Made by a program: the position numbers and the translations under genes. A stretch of 64,000 nt of DNA from Acutalibacteraceae bacterium. GTDB taxonomy: Bacteria > Bacillota > Clostridia > Oscillospirales > Acutalibacteraceae. Shown one piece after another: positions 57,357 to 64,000 of the stretch. The DNA lies in the NCBI GenBank assembly GCA_045602905.1, contig JAZSCL010000047.1, positions 17,519-81,518 of the forward strand, written 5' to 3'. The notes under the pieces were generated by a model. The model did not search any database. It saw nothing but the letters and a program-made list of their open reading frames with translations, and was not told the origin of the DNA. The first letter of the stretch is position 1, and every line of letters begins with the position of its first letter.

Positions 57357-59123
57357 TCAATAAGTCAGTTTTTTGTTGATTGCAATAACTGTTTCGGCAT
57401 CGAGCTTGAGAACTTTTCTGTCATAGCTGTAAATTCCGTTAACTTCAAATTCAACATCACTGACCTGAGTATAAACCGTTGCACTCAGACCTTTTTTGAT
57501 AAGAGGGATAATCTGCTTTTCATGAAGATTTTTGTAAGCTTTTGAGAGAGCATCTTTGCCTGAGAACATTATGTAACCGAAGGATTTCTTTTCGTTCCAC
57601 ACGTGATTCTTGATGTTCCAGCTGTATCCGCCGTATTCGCTCAAAACATATGGTCTGCCTTTTCTTGTGAAGCTGAACGGGGGGGTAACGGGAACAATAT
57701 ATCTGTGCATACTCTTGAAATCGGGACCCTTCTGGTCATGCCAACCGCTTGCATGGTCAACAAATCTTGTAGGATCAAGCTCTTTGACTTTTATACCGAT
57801 TTCTTTTGCGTCAAACTGTCCCCAGCCTTCGTTGAAGGGTACCCAGCAACAAATGGAAACGCTGTTATAAAGATTATCAATCATTTCCCAAAGCTCACGG
57901 CGGAATTCCTCGCGCCATTCGGGATTGCCTCTCTTGAAGGCCTTATACATACTATCTTTATTATCCTTGACGTGGATGCTCAGATTAGGCAAAGCACCTG
58001 CAAGAATATTACCGATATATTCACCGCCGCTGACCATATCCTGCCATACGAGCATACCCAATCTGTCGCAGTGATAATACCATCTTCTGGGTTCAACCTT
58101 GATGTGCTTGCGGAGCATATTGTAGCCGAGGTCCTTCATTTTCTGAATGTCGAAAATCATAGCCTCGTCGCATGGGGGGGTGAGCTGACTTTCGGGCCAA
58201 TAACCCTGGTCAAGAAGACCTCTCTGGAAATAGGGCTTGTTGTTGAGACCGAGTCTGGGAATACCGTGTGAATCGTTGATTATCGAATACTTACGCATTC
58301 CGAAATAGCTCTTTACTTCGTCTTTTTCTCCGTCACAGTCGAGAGTGAGTTCAAGGTTATATAAAAACGGATTTTCGGGACTCCAGAGCTTTGCGCCGGG
58401 AATTGCGATTATATCGTCGGAGGAAATCTCGCCGTCGAAAATAACATTTTCGCCGTCATAAACTTTTGCAAAAAGCTTTCCGCCGCACTTACAGTTGTGG
58501 TTGACTTTTAATCCGATAACGCTTTTGTCAATATCGGGAACAAGCTTTATGCTTTCAATTCTGCAATAGCTAACGGGCTCGAGCCAAACGGTCTGCCAGA
58601 TGCCTGACGTTGCTGTATACCAGAAACCGTGAGTTTCAATAACCTGCTTGCCTCTCTGCTGATGCCCTTTGTCTGTCGGGTCATAAACCTTTACGATAAG
58701 CTCATTTTCGCCGTCGTTGAGAATATCGGTGATATCAAAGCTGAAGGGATTATATCCGCCTGTATGCTCACCGACAAGCTTTGAGTTGACCCATACCGAG
58801 CACTGCCAGTCAACAGCTTCAAAGTTAAGAAGTGTTCGTTTCCCTTTGAAATCGTCGGTCAGAGTGAATTTCTTTCTATACCAAAGTCTTTGCTCTGGAA
58901 GAAGAGGTTTGTTAACGCCGGAAGCCTCCGATTCAACCGAAAAGGGAACAACGATTTTACCGTCGTAGTTTTTCGGGAAATCAGCAGTTTCTGTCGTGAT
59001 AGCGTAATCGAATTCGCCGTTGAGACAGAGCCAGCTTTTTCTTTCAAGCTGAGGACGGGGATATTCCGAAAGAGGACAGCTTCTGTTAATGCTTTCAAAC
59101 CATTCTGTTCTTAATCCGCTCAT
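57357..59123 (-). CDS. GH2 glycoside hydrolase (beta-galactosidase/glucuronidase-like)
   Basis: YPRPQ, LNFEAVDW, SGIWQTVWLE, LDQGYWP, RKHIK, PFNEGWGQ, SEYGG, YTQ motifs. Confidence 0.9.
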   Translation of the reverse strand: MSGLRTEWFESINRSCPLSEYPRPQLERKSWLCLNGEFDYAITTETADFPKNYDGKIVVPFSVESEASGVNKPLLPEQRLWYRKKFTLTDDFKGKRTLLNFEAVDWQCSVWVNSKLVGEHTGGYNPFSFDITDILNDGENELIVKVYDPTDKGHQQRGKQVIETHGFWYTATSGIWQTVWLEPVSYCRIESIKLVPDIDKSVIGLKVNHNCKCGGKLFAKVYDGENVIFDGEISSDDIIAIPGAKLWSPENPFLYNLELTLDCDGEKDEVKSYFGMRKYSIINDSHGIPRLGLNNKPYFQRGLLDQGYWPESQLTPPCDEAMIFDIQKMKDLGYNMLRKHIKVEPRRWYYHCDRLGMLVWQDMVSGGEYIGNILAGALPNLSIHVKDNKDSMYKAFKRGNPEWREEFRRELWEMIDNLYNSVSICCWVPFNEGWGQFDAKEIGIKVKELDPTRFVDHASGWHDQKGPDFKSMHRYIVPVTPPFSFTRKGRPYVLSEYGGYSWNIKNHVWNEKKSFGYIMFSGKDALSKAYKNLHEKQIIPLIKKGLSATVYTQVSDVEFEVNGIYSYDRKVLKLDAETVIAINKKLTY

Positions 59124-59133
59124 GTTTTTCTCC

Positions 59134-59703
59134 TTAAGAATATATATTTTCGAGTCTTATGCTTCCGTCGATGGTAACTGCGGATGCATTTATAATCTTT
59201 TTTCTGCCTTTTTCATTTTTTGCGGTTATTTCAATTGAGTATTTATCTTCGCCGCTTAATGAAATTTCCGTTTCGAAATCTGACCAATCGACTGTGTATC
59301 CGCTGTTTGTATCAAATTTCATATCAAAATAAAGCTTGCCGTCGATTTCAACATATCTTTTTTCGGAAAGGAGCTTATCGGCAGTTTCTTTTGTATATGT
59401 TGAATAAACGGTTTTCTTCAAATCATCATAGGAATGCACCTTATCGGATATAACGGGAGCAAAAGTTCCGTTTTCGTTTATTAAGGATTTGTCTGCATCA
59501 ACGGGAAGATGGTTCTTGACAAAAACTTCCTCAACGAGAAATGCATTGGATTTAACAAGAACGCGCAAAGCAGTTTTTGTTCCTTCTCCTATATAGTTTT
59601 CTATGGCAGAATCCTTCATGGTTGGATTTCCTTTGCTGCTGTTATCGGAGCATCCCGCAAAAGCGATGAGAATCAAGAGAATCAGAGGAAGAATTTTTTT
59701 CAT
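59134..59703 (-). CDS. Lipoprotein, IseA (DL-endopeptidase inhibitor)-like
   Basis: Lipobox FAGC. SYDDLKKTVYSTYTKETADKLL..RYVEIDGKLY resembles the IseA core. Confidence 0.5.
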   Translation of the reverse strand: MKKILPLILLILIAFAGCSDNSSKGNPTMKDSAIENYIGEGTKTALRVLVKSNAFLVEEVFVKNHLPVDADKSLINENGTFAPVISDKVHSYDDLKKTVYSTYTKETADKLLSEKRYVEIDGKLYFDMKFDTNSGYTVDWSDFETEISLSGEDKYSIEITAKNEKGRKKIINASAVTIDGSIRLENIYS

Positions 59704-59741
59704 GTATATGTCTCCCTATAATATATATTTATACATTTAAT

Positions 59742-59801
59742 ATTATATATAAAAATGCACGGATAGTCAATCATAAAAACTAAATTTACATACAGTTTAC
59801 A
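59742..59801 (-). promoter_or_regulatory. SigA promoter plus WalR/PhoP-type direct repeat
   Basis: Minus strand TGTAAA-CTGTA-TGTAAA (59801-59785), 14 bp upstream of TTGACT-N17-TATAAT. Confidence 0.65.
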
Positions 59802-59811
59802 CAAATATATA

Positions 59812-59844
59812 AAAAGCTTGCACAGAAAAACCTGCGCAAGCTTT
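59812..59844 (-). terminator. Terminator of the second mraY
   Basis: Minus strand AAAGCTTGCGCAG...CTGTGCAAGCTTT-TT. Confidence 0.75.
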
Positions 59845-59849
59845 GAAGT

Positions 59850-60803
59850 TTATTTCATAGCAATAACCGTAACCGCGGAAATCAAAGCCTGAATCATGCA
59901 GAAACGGAAGATAACCTGAGTGTTTGACCAACCCTTGTTTTTTCTGAAATGGTCATGAAGGGGAGTGCGGATATTCTTGAAGGGATTGAGCTTGAGGAAT
60001 CTGATAAGAGAAACCTTTGCAATGCCGAGAAGACCGTCAAGGCAGAGCATGAAGCAAAGGGGAATAACCAGAAGGATGTTGCCGCTTTTAAGCACGCAGA
60101 TGCAGAGGAAAAGACCGAGTGCTCTTGAGCCTGCATCGCCCATCATCATGGTACTGGGTTCGGCGTTTTTCCAGAGATAGGGGATAAGGACAAGGATCAT
60201 AAGAATAACAAGATAATTCATTCTGTTATCCATGCCGAGAATCTGACCTGCCGCCATAACCGAAACAAGAGAAACGATTGTGAGACTTCCGCAGAAGCCG
60301 TCGATGCCGTCAGAACAGTTGACTGCATTGATGAGCATCCACACAAGTACGGTTGCGATAACGCCGAAAATAACCGGATGTATGTTAAGCGTCAGACCGA
60401 AAAAGCTGATACCTGTTAAATTCTGATTGAAATAAACGAAGTTTGCCGCTGTGAGAGCTGAAATAACGAGGTCGATTGCCCCTTTTTTGTATTCACCCCA
60501 GGGCTTTTCTGCACGGTCATCAAGATAACCCGAAAGCATTCCGAGGAAAATAAGAACATAGTAGAAAACATATTCAAGAGAAACGGGAACAAAAAGCAAT
60601 GCCGCAATAATGAATGCACAAACAAAAACAATGCCCGCACCTCTGACTTTGCCTGCCGAGAGCTTGCCGTTGAAGGCGAATTCTCTGCCTTGGTCTTTGG
60701 GAAGCTTGTTTTTGAAAATTGCAAGCAATGCGGCGCAAAGACCCGTTGAGCCGATAATCATTGCAAGATAAAGGAGCTTGGATAATAAAAGTGAACTGAG
60801 CAT
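59850..60803 (-). CDS. Second MraY-like polyprenyl-phosphate GlcNAc/MurNAc-1-P transferase (PNPT family)
   Basis: DQGREF...GKVRGAG, GYLDD, NAVNCSDGIDG, MMGDAGS, TPLHDHF motifs. Confidence 0.8.
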   Translation of the reverse strand: MLSSLLLSKLLYLAMIIGSTGLCAALLAIFKNKLPKDQGREFAFNGKLSAGKVRGAGIVFVCAFIIAALLFVPVSLEYVFYYVLIFLGMLSGYLDDRAEKPWGEYKKGAIDLVISALTAANFVYFNQNLTGISFFGLTLNIHPVIFGVIATVLVWMLINAVNCSDGIDGFCGSLTIVSLVSVMAAGQILGMDNRMNYLVILMILVLIPYLWKNAEPSTMMMGDAGSRALGLFLCICVLKSGNILLVIPLCFMLCLDGLLGIAKVSLIRFLKLNPFKNIRTPLHDHFRKNKGWSNTQVIFRFCMIQALISAVTVIAMK

Positions 60804-60888
60804 AATATACCTCCGAGATTTTATTCAACCCTCAAATAATAACACACTATTCACAAATTTTCAATATAATTTATGGTTGTATAAAGAA

Positions 60889-60914
60889 AAACAGCGAGCC
60901 GTAATGACTCGCTG
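60889..60914 (-). terminator. Lipoprotein gene terminator
   Basis: Minus strand CAGCGAGTC-ATTAC-GGCTCGCTG-TTTT. Confidence 0.75.
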
Positions 60915-60924
60915 CTTGTGATGA

Positions 60925-61908
60925 TTAATACTTGAAGTTCTTATAGATGATGTGTGCTGTGCCGCTTGCATTACCTGAACCGACAAGACCTACATCAATT
61001 GTGCAGGTGATATCGTATTCAACGGTAAGGCTTACGAGATGACCTGTAGCAGCATCAACAACTGCGGTTACCTTTGCGTTGTCATAGCTTTCGTTGATTA
61101 CTGCGCTGCCATAGATATCATCAAGAGCATCATAGATAACGGGACCTGTTTTGTGGTCATAATAACCCTTGTCTTCATCGCCTACGCAAATGCCGCACTT
61201 GTCAATGGGAGCTTTTGTGAATTTTTCAGCTTCAGAACCCTTGCTTGAGCCGCCCTTAACGCTGAGAACGATGGTGTATTTTCCGCCGTTTTCCTTGCAG
61301 GTTGCGTTTGTGAGGTCAGCCTCTGTGAGTGTGCTCTTGCGGAGATAGTGATGCTGAACATCGCTTTCCCACTTGCCCTTTTCAACATTTTCGGTGTATT
61401 TGTTTTCTGCACCGATGCCCATGAACTGATAAACAAGGTCTTTGAATGCACCGAGAGCGCCCTTGGTTTCAAGCTTTTCGTTATCAGCTGAACGTTCCTT
61501 GTTAAAACCTGCCTTTGCATTGTAAGCAGAGTTTACTGCGTTGTTGTAAGCAGCAAGGATTTCAGCCTTTGTCTGGGGAGCTTTTTTTGCTGCAGCAGTT
61601 GTTGCTGCGGTGGTAGCTGCGTTTGCAACTGTTGTTGCATCAGCGTCTGCAGCGGTTGTTGCTTCTTCTTCGCCTGCAACTGTTGTTGCTTCTGCATCTG
61701 CAACGGTTGTTGCTTCGTCTGCTGCTGCAGTTGTGCCGTCTGCAACTGTTGCATCAATTGCTTCTGCAGTTACATCATCTGCAACTGTTGTTTCAACATC
61801 ATCTGCAACTGTTGTTGTGGTTGAGTCGTCTGTTGTGTCTTCCTTGCCGCATGCTGCAAAGCTGAAAAGAAGAGCAGCTGCGAGAAGGATTGCAAGAATT
61901 TTTTTCAT
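60925..61908 (-). CDS. Lipoprotein with Thr/Ala/Asp-rich repeat linker and unknown C-terminal domain
   Basis: Lipobox FAAC and about 8 (A)TTVAD-like repeats. Confidence 0.8.
   Translation of the reverse strand: MKKILAILLAAALLFSFAACGKEDTTDDSTTTTVADDVETTVADDVTAEAIDATVADGTTAAADEATTVADAEATTVAGEEEATTAADADATTVANAATTAATTAAAKKAPQTKAEILAAYNNAVNSAYNAKAGFNKERSADNEKLETKGALGAFKDLVYQFMGIGAENKYTENVEKGKWESDVQHHYLRKSTLTEADLTNATCKENGGKYTIVLSVKGGSSKGSEAEKFTKAPIDKCGICVGDEDKGYYDHKTGPVIYDALDDIYGSAVINESYDNAKVTAVVDAATGHLVSLTVEYDITCTIDVGLVGSGNASGTAHIIYKNFKY
61590..61840 (-). repeat. Intragenic degenerate repeats encoding TTVAD/TTAA units
   Basis: Repeated GCAACTGTTG / GTTGTTGC units on the + strand. Confidence 0.7.
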
Positions 61909-61954
61909 TTGGGGAATCTCCTTTCATATTTAATGCCCGGAGGCATTGTTTACA

Positions 61955-63442
61955 TTAAATTGATTCAACGAATCTTAAGAATGCGGCTTCACCGTCGGCA
62001 TTGCGCTTGAATACGCCTGCGTGTTCAAGAACGGTTGAGAAAACCTTGCCGACCTCGGCGTGGATGATATTCGTAACGTTTTCCTTATTGATTTCGCCGT
62101 AAGAGTGGATGAACTCTTCTGCCCATTCTGCATGGATTGCTGTTTGGGGATTTGATTTAAGATTCTCTTTGTTTACGATTGCGTCGGCAAGAATTTCAAG
62201 CTCTGATTTGAGTCGTGCGGGAAGTACGGCAAGACCCATAACTTCAATCAGACCGATATTTTCTTTTTTGATATGATGGAGCTCTGCGTGGGGATGATAA
62301 AGACCCATGGGATGCTCCTCTGTTTTTATGTTGTTGCGAAGAACGAGGTCGAGCTCGTATTTTTCACCTCTGCGGCGTGCAATGGGTGTTATTGTGTTGT
62401 GAGGAGTACCGTTGGTTTCCGCAAAAACAAACACGCTTTCGTCGGTGTATCCTCTCCATGCGGTGAGAATTTTATCTGCAAGCTCAACAATGCTTTCGGG
62501 ATTGTCGGAAAGCAATCTGATTGTTGACATCGGCCATTTTACGATGCCTGCCTCAACATCCTCAAAGTCTTTGAAGCTGAGTTTTTTCTCAATCGGTGCG
62601 CGCTCCATGGCAAATTCGTATCTTCCGCCCTGAAAATGCTCGTGGCTGAGAATTGAACCGCCTACAACGGGGAGGTCGGCGTTTGAACCAATAAAGTAAT
62701 GGGGGAAAAGTCCGACAAAATCGAGCAGCTTTGAAAACACGGATTTATCGATTTTCATGGGAGTATGTTCTGCGTTGAAAACGATGCAGTGTTCATTATA
62801 ATAAACATAGGGTGAATACTGCATGAACCAGTTTTTACTGTTGATTTTTATGGGGATTATTCTGTGGTTCTGCCTTGCGGGGAAATCAACTCTGCCTGCA
62901 TAGCCCTCGCACTCACGGCAAAGCTGACACATGGGATACCCCGAGGGAGGAGCGTTTTTTGCCGCTTCAATTGCCTTTGGGTCTTTTTCGGGTTTTGAAA
63001 GGTTGACCGTGATGTCGATAACGCCGTATTCACCGTCATACTTCCATTTGAGGTCCTTGGCGATTCTGTCACGGCGGATATAATTCGTGTCACAGCTGAA
63101 TTTATAATAGTAGTCGGTTGCTTTTTCCGGATTCTCGGAATAAAGGCTGTTGAAGTTTCTGATAACCTGTGAGGGTCTGGGAGTGAGAACGCCCATTATT
63201 GCGGTGTCAAAAAGATCTCTGTATGTAACGGTATTTTCGATGATTCCTTTTTCTGCAGCGTAATCGCAAAGAGCATCAAGAAGTTCGTTTACGCTGCCCT
63301 GTGCCGCAATGCATGAATCGTCATATTCGTTTTTCTTCAGAAGATAGAGAATTGAATTTGTGCAATAAACTCTGTCGGTTTCTTCGATGAGATTATTATT
63401 CACTGCGTAAGAAACCAGAGCCTTGATGTATGAATCAGTCAT
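61955..63442 (-). CDS. galT: Galactose-1-phosphate uridylyltransferase (type II)
   Basis: ITVNLSKPEKDPK, CQLC.ECEGY, QYSPYVYYNEH, GSNADLP.VGGSILSHEHFQGG, KENIGLIEVMG motifs. Confidence 0.95.
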   Translation of the reverse strand: MTDSYIKALVSYAVNNNLIEETDRVYCTNSILYLLKKNEYDDSCIAAQGSVNELLDALCDYAAEKGIIENTVTYRDLFDTAIMGVLTPRPSQVIRNFNSLYSENPEKATDYYYKFSCDTNYIRRDRIAKDLKWKYDGEYGVIDITVNLSKPEKDPKAIEAAKNAPPSGYPMCQLCRECEGYAGRVDFPARQNHRIIPIKINSKNWFMQYSPYVYYNEHCIVFNAEHTPMKIDKSVFSKLLDFVGLFPHYFIGSNADLPVVGGSILSHEHFQGGRYEFAMERAPIEKKLSFKDFEDVEAGIVKWPMSTIRLLSDNPESIVELADKILTAWRGYTDESVFVFAETNGTPHNTITPIARRRGEKYELDLVLRNNIKTEEHPMGLYHPHAELHHIKKENIGLIEVMGLAVLPARLKSELEILADAIVNKENLKSNPQTAIHAEWAEEFIHSYGEINKENVTNIIHAEVGKVFSTVLEHAGVFKRNADGEAAFLRFVESI

Positions 63443-63607
63443 TTTAAACCTCTGCTTTCGGAGTTAAATAAGTGTATATATTATATACATTTTGTGTCAT
63501 ATGTGCAAGAGTCAATTTAATATTCGTGAATAATTTTAAAAAAATATTCCTGTTTTTGTTATATTGTGCTATTATCATATTGTGAAATAACAGCGAGGAG
63601 GATAAAT

Positions 63608-64000
63608 ATGGATATTTCAACTGCGTTGCTTTGCGTTGTTCTGACAACTCTTGCAGCATCCTATGCGTGGGGAATGCGAGGTGCTGTTATCGGCGGTGAG
63701 AAAGGCGCAATGCTTCCCGGGGCATTCATAGGCTTGATTCTTGCTTGGTTTGCGGGCGGAGAAATAAGAGAATGCTTCTGGATTCCCGCCGCAGCTGCTG
63801 CTATGGGTATGACTTACGGCGGAACTGAACCGTATGGAGAAACCATAGGAATGGTGCTTCACAGAGGCAGAACTGATTACCGTCCCGTTAAGGGTTACAC
63901 CGGGCTTGCGATGAAGGGTGCGTTCTGGTTTGCAATCTGCGGCGGATTTATCGGAATTTCCATGGCGTCAATGAGCGGAAATATATATGAAACCTCGGAT
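63608..64000 (+). CDS. Hypothetical multi-pass membrane protein, 3'-truncated (absent from the ORF track)
   Basis: GAGGAGG RBS. Open frame MDISTALLCVVLTTLAASYAWGMRGAVIGGEKGAMLPGAFIG...GGTEPYGETIG runs to the window end. Confidence 0.8.
   Translation, partial: MDISTALLCVVLTTLAASYAWGMRGAVIGGEKGAMLPGAFIGLILAWFAGGEIRECFWIPAAAAAMGMTYGGTEPYGETIGMVLHRGRTDYRPVKGYTGLAMKGAFWFAICGGFIGISMASMSGNIYETSD

Noticed and set aside
3769-58271. Long antisense or alternate-frame ORFs in the track (e.g. 3769-4512, 36852-37433, 43868-44566, 57603-58271)
   Set aside because: They are shadows of well-supported genes, caused by codon bias. I saw no RBS or family motifs.

Overview
64 kb of AT-rich chromosomal DNA, most likely from a spore-forming clostridial gut anaerobe (Oscillospirales-like; inferred from gene content and FtsZ/dcw style, not from a search). 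It is mostly core and metabolic genes: sigG, potABCD, a malQ-ynbB-DUF2461-pgm-3xEEP cluster, a SIS-GH84-YkgJ-CapA operon, a 1759-aa secreted dockerin-tailed protein, nagA, acpP, spoVAE, rpsT, gpr, a dcw cluster (mraZ-rsmH-ftsL-pbp-murE-murF-mraY-ftsW-murG-murA-ftsQ-ftsZ, with no ftsA or murD), an ArsB/SLC13-type permease, an FGGY kinase, MFS plus GH38, a lipoprotein-GH2-WYL-DUF3798 operon, a second mraY and galT. I saw no rRNA, tRNA, CRISPR array, transposase, integrase or phage gene. The best candidates for something new are non-coding or small. (1) A ~190-nt structured leader upstream of the ion permease has a consensus promoter, a terminator and a 13-nt antiterminator, and looks like an unrecognised riboswitch or attenuator. 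(2) A 53-aa Cys-tailed membrane microprotein, missing from the ORF track, has its own promoter, RBS, operator and terminator. (3) The giant dockerin protein has an OmpR/PhoB-type repeat array and a hairpin-rich 5'UTR. (4) A WalR/PhoP-type box precedes an IseA-like lipoprotein operon that also carries a degenerate WYL regulator. All family calls come from motif recognition by eye; no database search was run.
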